24,000 nt of DNA from Erysipelotrichaceae bacterium (GTDB lineage Bacteria; Bacillota_I; Bacilli_A; Erysipelotrichales; Erysipelotrichaceae). Position numbers and translations under genes: made by a program. The notes under the pieces are model-generated. The model was given only the letters and a program-made list of their open reading frames with translations. It ran no database searches and was not told the DNA's origin. Positions 1 to 7,424 of this stretch are shown here, one piece after another. Location of the stretch: positions 1-24,000 of the forward strand of contig JAUYTU010000030.1 in assembly GCA_030694975.1 (NCBI GenBank), written 5' to 3'. The first letter of the stretch is position 1, and each line of letters opens with the position of its first letter.

Positions 1-62
1 CTGCTCCATCAACAGTCTTGTTTTTCTTACTCAAACCTCAAGAATTTCATCCGTTCACACCT

Positions 63-90
63 ACAGCGTCATCAACGCTGTTTATTTTTG
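63..90 (+). terminator. Putative rho-independent terminator for a + strand gene lying off the left edge
   Basis: 7-bp stem acagcgt (63-69) / acgctgt (75-81) with a 5-nt loop, followed by ttatttttg. All three + frames are open across 1-60, so the upstream gene itself cannot be called. Confidence 0.45.
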
Positions 91-96
91 AAGTAT

Positions 97-126
97 TAAA
101 AAGTGCACCCTGTTAAAAGGTGCACT
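97..126 (-). terminator. Rho-independent terminator of the ybaK-like gene
   Basis: 8-bp stem agtgcacc (102-109) / ggtgcact (119-126). Read on the - strand, the hairpin is followed by ttttt aatac. A second perfect 10-bp hairpin (140-149 / 154-163, loop gcaa) sits just upstream and overlaps the stop codon. Confidence 0.6.
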
Positions 127-161
127 TGTCATCAGTCTGAAAAGGTCACGCAAGTGACCTT

Positions 162-632
162 TTACATCCAATCTTTACACACATCCACCCATAAGGTCGT
201 CTGTGCGTATTTTTCGAGTTCTGCCGATGTAAGTTCGATTGCGGAATATGCACTTCCACAGGCCGGAAACACTGTTTCAAAGCGCTTCATAGAAATGTCC
301 AAAGCAACGGTCAGGGGCTCTTTGAGGGCGAAGGGACAGACACCCCCCACCGGATGTCCGGTAAAACGTAGCGCTTCTTCCAAGGAGAGCATTCGTGCTT
401 TCAAGCCAAACTGCTGTTTAAATTTGGCGTTGTCGACTTTACTGTCACCTGCTGTTACTAACAGAAGTGCAGATTCGTTGTATGCAAAGGACAACGTCTT
501 GGCAATGCGTTTGGGTTCGGTATTCAATGCCTGCGCCGCCAACAGTACCGTTGCGCTGGAAATCTCAAACTCCAGCACTTTGTCAGTGATACCGTAGGAT
601 TCGAAATAAGATTTAACCTCTTTGATACCCAT
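162..632 (-). CDS. ybaK: YbaK/EbsC-family aminoacyl-tRNA deacylase (Cys-tRNA(Pro)/prolyl-tRNA editing domain protein)
   Basis: 156-aa ORF with the typical family length and motifs (KTL...LVTAGDSKVD..K, TGHPVGGVCPF). An aaggggg RBS lies 4-5 nt upstream of the ATG at 632. Confidence 0.85.
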   Translation of the reverse strand: MGIKEVKSYFESYGITDKVLEFEISSATVLLAAQALNTEPKRIAKTLSFAYNESALLLVTAGDSKVDNAKFKQQFGLKARMLSLEEALRFTGHPVGGVCPFALKEPLTVALDISMKRFETVFPACGSAYSAIELTSAELEKYAQTTLWVDVCKDWM

Positions 633-705
633 AAAACCCCCTTAAAATATTGAAGTAAGTGTAGCACTGTGGAGGAAATTTTACAATATTCTTTAACCGA
701 TACAG

Positions 706-736
706 TTGTCTTTGATGGATAAAAATGTGTTAAAAT
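706..736 (+). promoter_or_regulatory. Candidate promoter of the eamA-aldolase-mtnK-mtnA-GNAT operon
   Basis: Extended -10 element TGtTAAAAT (728-736). The -35-like ttgtct (706-711) sits at a long 19-nt spacing. A 6-1-6 palindrome agagtt-t-aactct (745-757) lies just downstream. Confidence 0.3.
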
Positions 737-770
737 TGATTGTAAGAGTTTAACTCTGATATTTAAATAA

Positions 771-1655
771 ATGAATCGAGAAATTATGAAGAAATATCTA
801 CCGATTTTATCAGCTGCACTGGCAGCACTGCTTTATGCCTTAAGCACACCTTTTCTAAAGATGACACTCGTCGTTGTTGAACCGGTGTTTTTGGCTGGTT
901 TACTTTACTTCGGGGCGGGCATCGGAATGTTGATTATGTGTATGTTTACTAAGGAAAGTCTGCCGTTTGCGAAAAAGCAGTATCCATATGTGATAGGTAT
1001 GATTCTGTTGGATATCCTAGCACCGATTTTGCTTTTGTATGGATTGCGTTTGAGCGTAGCGGAGAATGCAGCGCTGTTGAATAATTTCGAAATCGTTGCT
1101 ACATCCGTCTTTGCGTTTTTTATCTTTAAAGAGAAAATCAGTATTCGACTGAGATATGCGATCATCATCATCACCATTGCCAGTATTCTTCTGTCTGTTG
1201 AAAATCTTCAGTCAAGTTTAAGTTTCTCATTCGGATCCGTTTTAATTATATTGGCAACCATGGTGTGGGGTTTAGAAAACAATTTTACCCGCAACTTATC
1301 GGATAATTCGCCGATTAAAATTACCGCTATCAAAGGTATATTCTCGGGATTAAGTTCCATCTTACTTGCTTATTTTATTAATCAGATTATCTTTGACGTA
1401 ACTTTGATTTTGCTTTCCATGTTACTCGGATTTGTCACCTACGGACTAAGCATCATGTTTTACATATTTGCACAACGCAGTTTAGGTGCGGCGAAGACCA
1501 GTTCGTTTTACGCATTGGCACCATTTCTGGGTGCCGGTATATCGATCTTGATTTTCAATGATGTTCCGCAACTCAATTTCTATGCAGCGCTGGTTTTGAT
1601 GATTTTGGGAGTTGTATTAATAACGAAAGACACACTTGAAGGAGGGCAATCATGA
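771..1655 (+). CDS. EamA/DMT-superfamily transporter (10-TM drug/metabolite transporter)
   Basis: 294-aa highly hydrophobic ORF with two EamA-like halves. Its stop overlaps the next start (ATGA at 1652-1655). An alternative start is the ATG at 786. Confidence 0.85.
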   Translation: MNREIMKKYLPILSAALAALLYALSTPFLKMTLVVVEPVFLAGLLYFGAGIGMLIMCMFTKESLPFAKKQYPYVIGMILLDILAPILLLYGLRLSVAENAALLNNFEIVATSVFAFFIFKEKISIRLRYAIIIITIASILLSVENLQSSLSFSFGSVLIILATMVWGLENNFTRNLSDNSPIKITAIKGIFSGLSSILLAYFINQIIFDVTLILLSMLLGFVTYGLSIMFYIFAQRSLGAAKTSSFYALAPFLGAGISILIFNDVPQLNFYAALVLMILGVVLITKDTLEGGQS

Positions 1656-2389
1656 ATCAAGAAGAGAAAGCCGCGCGGACGTGGATTTGCGAAGTCGGTC
1701 GCCGCTTGTATTTGCGCAATTATGTCGCGGCCAACGATGGAAATATTTCAGTTCGATTAACGGATGGCACAATCATCGCAACCCCAACCAATGTCTCAAA
1801 GGGCTATATGAATGAAGATATGCTAGTCAAAATGAGCTTGGATGGAAGTTTGATTTCTGAAGGGTTAAGACCTTCTTCAGAAATTAAGATGCATCTGCGT
1901 GTATTTAATGAAAACGAAGAAGTGTTTGGAATTGTCCATGCGCATCCGCCGATTTCAACATCCTTTGCGATTGCGGGTATCCAATTGGATCAACCGACAT
2001 CACCCGAAGCGGTGGTTAATCTCGGAGTGATACCGATAGCCCCCTATGCCACACCGGGGACCGGTGAAGTTGCTGATTCGATAGCAGCTTTTTGTAAGAC
2101 ACATACGGCTGTGTTGCTGGCCAATCATGGCGCGTTGACATGGGGAAGAGATTTGACGGAAGCTTACTTTCGCATGGAATCATTAGAGCATGTGGCCCAT
2201 ATGACGATGATCGCGAACTTTGTGATGGGTAAGGTCAATGTGTTAAGTCAGTCTCAGGTGGATCGACTCTCACGGATGCGTGAGAATATGGATTTGATTC
2301 AAGCCACGATGCCAAAGGGAGCAGAAACGGAGTCAAACTTGAGTGATTTCGGTTCAATGTCAACGTTGAAGAGTGAGGGGAAATTATGA
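1652..2389 (+). CDS. Class II aldolase/adducin-family protein. It is either a 5-(methylthio/deoxy)ribulose-1-phosphate aldolase (Ald2/DrdA-like) or an MtnB-like dehydratase.
   Basis: 245 aa with the class II aldolase metal-site pattern (SSEIKMH, VHAHPP, LANHGALTWG). RBS gaaggaggg precedes it. It is translationally coupled on both sides to eamA and mtnK. Confidence 0.8.
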   Translation: MNQEEKAARTWICEVGRRLYLRNYVAANDGNISVRLTDGTIIATPTNVSKGYMNEDMLVKMSLDGSLISEGLRPSSEIKMHLRVFNENEEVFGIVHAHPPISTSFAIAGIQLDQPTSPEAVVNLGVIPIAPYATPGTGEVADSIAAFCKTHTAVLLANHGALTWGRDLTEAYFRMESLEHVAHMTMIANFVMGKVNVLSQSQVDRLSRMRENMDLIQATMPKGAETESNLSDFGSMSTLKSEGKL

Positions 2390-3609
2390 AATTTACAACG
2401 TATTTTACGATGAATGAAGAAGAGGCCGCAATGTATGCCAGTGAGAAGTTAGGATATCTTTTTGGTGATGAGTTTCATTTAACGTGCAAGGAAATCGGCG
2501 ATGGAAATCTGAACTACATTTTCAGAGTCGTAGATGAGATTTCGGGTCATTCAATCATTATCAAACAATCCGGTCCGGTCGCTCGGATATCGGATGAATT
2601 TAAACTGTCTCCCGATCGCAATCGAATTGAGTATGAAATATTAAAACTTGAAGATAAATTAGCACCCGGATTGGTACCGAAGGTATACGGCTATGACTCC
2701 ATGATGAACTGTACCGTCATGGACGATTTGTCGGATCATCAGATCATGCGAAAAGCGTTGATGGAATTTAAGACTTTTCCGCGTTTTGCCCAAGACATCT
2801 CGGACTTTATGGTCAATACGTTATTATTAACGACAGATGTCGTATTAGAACATAAGGTTAAGAAGGATTTGGTTAAAAATTTCATTAATCCCGAGTTGTG
2901 CGAAATTACGGAAGATTTGGTGTATACCGAACCGTTCAGTGATTATAAGCATCGAAATGATGTTTTTGAACGTAATAAAGATTGGGTCAGCGAACATATT
3001 TACAATTCGGTTGAGTTACGGTTGGAAACAGCCAAACTCAAATTTGAGTTTATGAATCATGCGCAAGCCTTGGTGCATGGCGATTTACATACCGGTTCCA
3101 TCTTTGTCAAAGAAGATTCGACCAAAGTCATCGATCCGGAGTTTGCATTTTTCGGTCCGATTGGCTATGACGTTGGAAATGTCATGGCGAACTTGATCTT
3201 TGCGTGGGTTCACAGTGATGCTCATCAGCAGGGTGAGCACAAACAATGGTTGGAAGATACTATCGTCGAAACGCTTGATCTGTTTATTGAGAAGTTCAGT
3301 CTTGCATGGGATCGCCATGTTTCGGAATTCAGCGCTAAAACACCGGGATTCAAAGAGTACTATTTAGCTACGGTCTTGCGTGATACGGCCGGTGTGACCG
3401 GTTTGGAACTTTGTCGCAGGATCATCGGATTGGCTCATGTGAAGGATATTACTTCGTTAGGTGGTAATGTTCGCGTGCGGGCAGAGCGGATCTGTCTGAG
3501 TGGAGCTATTGATTTTATTCTTAAGCGAGATAAATTTACGTGTGGTGAGGACTATTTGATTACCATGCAAGCAGCTATGTCTAAATTTGCGAGGGAAAAC
3601 GATGAATGA
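2386..3609 (+). CDS. mtnK: S-methyl-5-thioribose kinase (or 5-deoxyribose kinase)
   Basis: 407 aa carrying the hallmark MtnK N-terminal motif [11 protein letters not shown] and the kinase catalytic region [10 protein letters not shown]...[13 protein letters not shown] overlap with the upstream gene. Confidence 0.93.
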   Translation: MKFTTYFTMNEEEAAMYASEKLGYLFGDEFHLTCKEIGDGNLNYIFRVVDEISGHSIIIKQSGPVARISDEFKLSPDRNRIEYEILKLEDKLAPGLVPKVYGYDSMMNCTVMDDLSDHQIMRKALMEFKTFPRFAQDISDFMVNTLLLTTDVVLEHKVKKDLVKNFINPELCEITEDLVYTEPFSDYKHRNDVFERNKDWVSEHIYNSVELRLETAKLKFEFMNHAQALVHGDLHTGSIFVKEDSTKVIDPEFAFFGPIGYDVGNVMANLIFAWVHSDAHQQGEHKQWLEDTIVETLDLFIEKFSLAWDRHVSEFSAKTPGFKEYYLATVLRDTAGVTGLELCRRIIGLAHVKDITSLGGNVRVRAERICLSGAIDFILKRDKFTCGEDYLITMQAAMSKFARENDE

Positions 3610-4669
3610 TGTACTTGATTTTGTGTCAGTTCGTTTGGATGATGATAACAGTGAACTGATCATATTGGATCAAAGCAAGTTGCCCAATGAACTGATTTAT
3701 CATCACTATCATACGAAGGAAGAAATTTTCAAGGCTATCACCGGGTTGGAAGTCCGTGGGGCTCCGGCGATTGGTATCGCAGCGGCCTATGGTTTGTATC
3801 TGGATGCTAAGAAGCAAGAAGATTTAAAATCTGAAGAGTTTATGGCTAATTTTAAACGAACCAAAGACTATTTGGCATCATCACGTCCAACCGCAGTGAA
3901 TTTGTTTTGGGCATTGAATCGGATGGAACGTTGTCTATTCGATCATAAGGAAAAATCAGTGGTGGAGATCATCGATTTATTGAGGATTGAATCTGAAAAT
4001 ATCCGAAGTGAAGATGAAGCGGTGTGCTACTCTATTGGGGAGCATGCCTTGACGTTACTAAAACCAAAAATGGGTTTGCTTACCCATTGCAACGCCGGAA
4101 CACTGGCAACTGCCAAATACGGCACTGCGCTTGCGCCGATGTATTTGGGGCACAAACGGGGGTATGACTTTCGGGTATATGCGGATGAGACCCGGCCGCT
4201 TTTACAAGGTGCCCGTTTGACTGCGTGGGAATTACACGAAGCGGGCATCGATGTTACGTTGATTTGTGATAATATGGCTTCCATTGTTATGAAGAAAGGT
4301 CTAATCGATGCGGTGTTGGTCGGTTGTGATCGGGTTGCGGCCAACGGTGATACGGCCAATAAAATCGGTACTTCGGGAGTGGCTATTTTAGCAAAGCGTT
4401 ACGGCATCCCGTTTTATGTGTGTGCGCCGATGTCCACCCTTGATATTTCGAGAAGTTGTGGTGATGATATTGAAATTGAATTGCGCAAAGGCGAAGAAAT
4501 CACGACGACATGGTATCAGAAGCCGATGGCTCCATCGGGAGTTAAAACTTACAATCCGGCATTTGATGTCACGGATGCGGATTTGATTACGGCAATCATC
4601 ACGGAGAAGGGGATTGTATATCCTCCATATGATCTGAATATAAAAAGACTGTTTGAAGGAGGTCAGTAG
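3602..4669 (+). CDS. mtnA: S-methyl-5-thioribose-1-phosphate isomerase (eIF-2B alpha/beta/delta-like family)
   Basis: MtnA motifs are present ([43 protein letters not shown]). I place the start at the ATG at 3602, with RBS gaggga 5 nt upstream and an 8-nt overlap with the mtnK stop, rather than at the TTG at 3587 given in the ORF track. Confidence 0.93.
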   Translation: MNDVLDFVSVRLDDDNSELIILDQSKLPNELIYHHYHTKEEIFKAITGLEVRGAPAIGIAAAYGLYLDAKKQEDLKSEEFMANFKRTKDYLASSRPTAVNLFWALNRMERCLFDHKEKSVVEIIDLLRIESENIRSEDEAVCYSIGEHALTLLKPKMGLLTHCNAGTLATAKYGTALAPMYLGHKRGYDFRVYADETRPLLQGARLTAWELHEAGIDVTLICDNMASIVMKKGLIDAVLVGCDRVAANGDTANKIGTSGVAILAKRYGIPFYVCAPMSTLDISRSCGDDIEIELRKGEEITTTWYQKPMAPSGVKTYNPAFDVTDADLITAIITEKGIVYPPYDLNIKRLFEGGQ

Positions 4670-5230
4670 GTGAATCACATAGGAACTATGGAACTTTCGA
4701 CGGAGCGGCTGTTATTAAGGAAAATCCGCATCGAAGATGATCGCGATATGTTTGAGCAGTGGGCGAGTGATCCACAAGTTACGAAATATTTAACGTGGGG
4801 TGCGCATCGAAGTATTGAGGATACCCGTCAAATTATTGCATTGTGGCTAAAGGATCAAGACGAACCCCATGTTTACCGTTGGGTAATTGAATTAAAGTCG
4901 ATTGGAAAAGTGATTGGAACCATCGATTTGGTCAGTGTTGACACCCGGCACAGGTGCGGTGTCTTTGGCTATTGTCTTTCCGCCCAATATTGGAACCAGG
5001 GCATTGCAAGTGAAGCACTGAAAGTTATGTTGACATATTTATTTGTTGAGGCAGGTTTTCATCGCATTGAAGCATCACATCTGATTGAAAATCCGGCTTC
5101 CGGCAAGGTTATGCTTAAGTGTGGCATGAAACTGGAGGGGAATAAGCGAAAAAAGTTTTTGGGACATGACGGAGAATTCCATGATTTGCTTGTTTATGGC
5201 CTGTTAGAAGAAGAATTTTTGATTGATTGA
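4670..5230 (+). CDS. GNAT-family N-acetyltransferase (RimJ/RimL-like, Acetyltransf_3 type)
   Basis: 186 aa beginning TERLLLR, with acetyl-CoA-binding region YWNQGIASEA and the later motif HRIEA......N.AS..V..K.G. The GTG start falls directly after the mtnA stop and has a ggagg RBS 7 nt upstream. An alternative start is the ATG at 4688. Confidence 0.85.
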   Translation: MNHIGTMELSTERLLLRKIRIEDDRDMFEQWASDPQVTKYLTWGAHRSIEDTRQIIALWLKDQDEPHVYRWVIELKSIGKVIGTIDLVSVDTRHRCGVFGYCLSAQYWNQGIASEALKVMLTYLFVEAGFHRIEASHLIENPASGKVMLKCGMKLEGNKRKKFLGHDGEFHDLLVYGLLEEEFLID

Positions 5231-5250
5231 CTGCCGAAAGGCAGTTTTTT
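5230..5250 (+). terminator. Rho-independent terminator closing the eamA-to-GNAT operon
   Basis: Stem actgcc / ggcagt with a gaaa tetraloop (5230-5245) followed by a run of T. It lies directly after the stop codon. Confidence 0.8.
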
Positions 5251-5313
5251 AGTGAAAAAGCATTAAATTTGTTAAAAAAGGTAAAAATATTTAATAAATT
5301 GTATGCAATACTA

Positions 5314-5342
5314 TTGTAAACAATAAATAAGCATGATATATT
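5314..5342 (+). promoter_or_regulatory. Candidate sigma-A promoter of the fasciclin gene
   Basis: ttgtaa (5314-5319), 17-nt spacer, tatatt (5337-5342). A short hairpin gtcac-agca-gtgac (5355-5368) lies in the predicted leader. Confidence 0.35.
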
Positions 5343-5381
5343 GTATACAACTTAGTCACAGCAGTGACCCAGGAGGAAATT

Positions 5382-6833
5382 ATGAAGAAGATTATTAGCC
5401 TAATCTTAGCTCTCTTCCTATTTGCAGGCATAAATGTACTCGCAGTAGAACAAGACATTGTAGAAATCGCTTCAGGTAATGAAGACTTCAGTATTTTAGT
5501 AACCGCTTTGCAAGAAGCAGAACTTGTAGAAACACTTAAAGGTACTGGACCTTTCACAGTATTTGCACCGACCGATGCAGCATTCGCAGCTTTACTTGCT
5601 GATTTGGGTGTAAGTGCTGAGTACTTATTAAGTCATCCTCAACTTTCTGAAATTCTTACGTACCATGTAGTAGCTGGTAAAGTAATGAGCACAGACTTGA
5701 CCGATGGCATGACACCGGCAACCGTCAATGGCGAAACGATCACGATCGATTTGGATGGTGGCGTTAAAGTTAACAGCTCCAATGTAACAACCGCTGACAT
5801 CGAAGCTTCCAACGGTGTTATCCACATTATCGACAAAGTATTAATTCCTTCCGATTTTGAACTGTATCCGACCGTTGTAGACATCGCTGTAAACAATACC
5901 GGCTTCTCAACATTGGTAGCCGCATTGACAAAAGCAAATTTAGTAAGCACATTGCAAGGTGCTGGCCCGTTCACAGTATTTGCTCCGACGGATGCCGCAT
6001 TTGCCGCTCTATTAGCTGACTTAGGCGTTAGCGCTGAATACTTATTAAATCACCCTCAACTTTCTGAGATCCTTACGTACCATGTAGTTGCTGGTAAAGT
6101 ATTGAGCACAGATTTAACCGATGGTATGACACCGGCAACTGTCAATGGTGAAACGATTACTGTTGATTTGGATGGTGGCGTCATGATCAATAATGCAAAC
6201 GTAACTGCTGCTGACTTAGAAGCCGGCAATGGCGTTGTCCATGTAATTGACAAAGTGTTAGTACCAGCCGACTTCGTATTATACCCGACCGTTGTAGACA
6301 TCGCACTCAACAACCCTAATTTCTCAATTCTAGTAGCTGCATTGCAAAAAGCCGATTTGGTTGATGCATTGTTAGGTGATGGTCCGTTTACAGTATTCGC
6401 ACCGACCAACGCAGCCTTTGAAGATTTGCTTGAAGCATTAGGTATTACCGCAGAAGAATTACTGGCACAACCGGATTTAGCTAAAGTATTGCTGTTCCAC
6501 GTTGTTTCCGGAAAAGTTATGAGCACAGATTTAAGTGATGGTTTAATGGCTCCGACATTGAATGGCGAATCCGTAACCTTCGATTTGGACGGCGGCGTTA
6601 AAGTTAACGGCGCAATGGTTACAGTTGCTGATCTTGAAGCTGGCAACGGGGTTATCCACGTTATCGATAAAGTACTCATTCCTGCAGATTTCACGTATGT
6701 AGCACAAGAAACAGAAGGCGGATTGCCGAATACAGCTGACAATAACGCACTTAGCTTCGCATTGATCGCTTTGATGGCTGGCTTAGGTTTGGTTGTTGTA
6801 AGTTCGAAAAAACGCTTAGCAAAACAATCGTAA
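5382..6833 (+). CDS. Secreted, sortase-anchored surface protein with three tandem FAS1 (fasciclin) domains
   Basis: The ATG at 5382 has a perfect aggagg RBS 5 nt upstream. The track start at 5364 is a GTG inside the leader. Signal peptide MKKIISLILALFLFAGINVLA. Three FAS1 units carry GPFTVFAPT.AAF and NGV.H.IDKVL motifs. The C-terminal sorting signal is LPNTA (6723-6737), a hydrophobic helix and the tail KKRLAKQS. Confidence 0.9.
   Translation: MKKIISLILALFLFAGINVLAVEQDIVEIASGNEDFSILVTALQEAELVETLKGTGPFTVFAPTDAAFAALLADLGVSAEYLLSHPQLSEILTYHVVAGKVMSTDLTDGMTPATVNGETITIDLDGGVKVNSSNVTTADIEASNGVIHIIDKVLIPSDFELYPTVVDIAVNNTGFSTLVAALTKANLVSTLQGAGPFTVFAPTDAAFAALLADLGVSAEYLLNHPQLSEILTYHVVAGKVLSTDLTDGMTPATVNGETITVDLDGGVMINNANVTAADLEAGNGVVHVIDKVLVPADFVLYPTVVDIALNNPNFSILVAALQKADLVDALLGDGPFTVFAPTNAAFEDLLEALGITAEELLAQPDLAKVLLFHVVSGKVMSTDLSDGLMAPTLNGESVTFDLDGGVKVNGAMVTVADLEAGNGVIHVIDKVLIPADFTYVAQETEGGLPNTADNNALSFALIALMAGLGLVVVSSKKRLAKQS
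5451..6701 (+). repeat. Three in-frame tandem 417-bp (139-codon) repeats encoding the FAS1 domains
   Basis: Units span 5451-5867, 5868-6284 and 6285-6701. Units 1 and 2 are near-identical in protein and differ mostly at synonymous sites. Unit 3 is more diverged. Confidence 0.9.
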
Positions 6834-6838
6834 TTTGA

Positions 6839-6868
6839 CAAAGGGCATCAGACGATGCCCTTTGTTTA
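6839..6868 (+). terminator. Rho-independent terminator of the fasciclin gene
   Basis: Perfect 11-bp stem caaagggcatc (6839-6849) / gatgccctttg (6854-6864) with loop agac, followed by tttaaaa. Confidence 0.85.
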
Positions 6869-6887
6869 AAAGAAAGAAGGTATATAA

Positions 6888-7424
6888 ATGGCTATTGAAA
6901 GCGCAAAGTTTAAATTAATTAAAAAAGAAAAGGATTTTGAAGTCCGGGTGTATGATGAAATTTCTTTAGCCATGAGTAAGGAGAGCGATTTTCGCGGATA
7001 CAGCGGATTCAATGAAGCCTTTGATTACATCAGCGGATCTAACGATCAAAACCGTAAGATATCGATGACAACTCCGGTCATTAACGAGTTGGATCAAGAT
7101 TCGATGACGATGGCGTTTGTGATGCCTTCGGAAATACCGTTTGAAAGTCTGCCTAAACCGAAGAGTCAACGGCTTTCGATGATAAAGAAGGAGAATATGG
7201 TTTTTGCCTCCATTCGTTTTTCCGGAACGGTCTGTCCGACCCTACTAGCAAAAAAGAAAAAAGAACTCACGGAATGGATGTCTGCCAATCATTTGATCCC
7301 AGGATCAGTTGTCTGGTTGGCACGGTACAATCCACCGTTTATTCCTGGTTTTCTAAAGCATAATGAAGTGCTTATTTCGATTGAAAATAGTACGATTTTA
7401 ACAGATATTTCCGATCGTATTTAA
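6888..7424 (+). CDS. SOUL heme-binding-protein family protein
   Basis: 178 aa with the family pattern: FEVRVY near the N-terminus, ISMTTPV, MAFVMP, FSG, and ARYNPPF...HNEVLI near the C-terminus. RBS gaagg. The last 53 nt overlap the convergent gene. Confidence 0.8.
   Translation: MAIESAKFKLIKKEKDFEVRVYDEISLAMSKESDFRGYSGFNEAFDYISGSNDQNRKISMTTPVINELDQDSMTMAFVMPSEIPFESLPKPKSQRLSMIKKENMVFASIRFSGTVCPTLLAKKKKELTEWMSANHLIPGSVVWLARYNPPFIPGFLKHNEVLISIENSTILTDISDRI

Noticed and set aside
1-60. Partial gene at the left edge
   Set aside because: All three + frames are open over 1-60 and none gives a recognisable peptide. Only the downstream terminator hints at a + strand gene, so no CDS is called.
103-597. 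164-aa + strand ORF in the six-frame track
   Set aside because: It lies entirely antisense to the well-supported ybaK-family gene. It has no RBS and a low-complexity, Ser/Ala/Cys-rich composition with no recognisable motifs. I treat it as a shadow ORF.
5364-5381. Longer N-termini given by the ORF track for several genes (5364, 3587, 14551, 16278, 18638, 14231)
   Set aside because: In each case an internal ATG has a much better Shine-Dalgarno sequence at 5-8 nt spacing, and the extension would bury that RBS or a promoter element. Homolog N-termini as I recall them begin at the internal start.
5639-6841. Long antisense ORFs (261 aa at 6056-6841 and 111 aa at 5639-5974) opposite the fasciclin gene
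   Set aside because: They mirror the repeat structure of the sense gene and arise because its Ala/Val/Thr/Gly-rich codons lack reverse-complement stops. They have no RBS or start context. The sense strand has a signal peptide, FAS1 motifs and a sorting signal.
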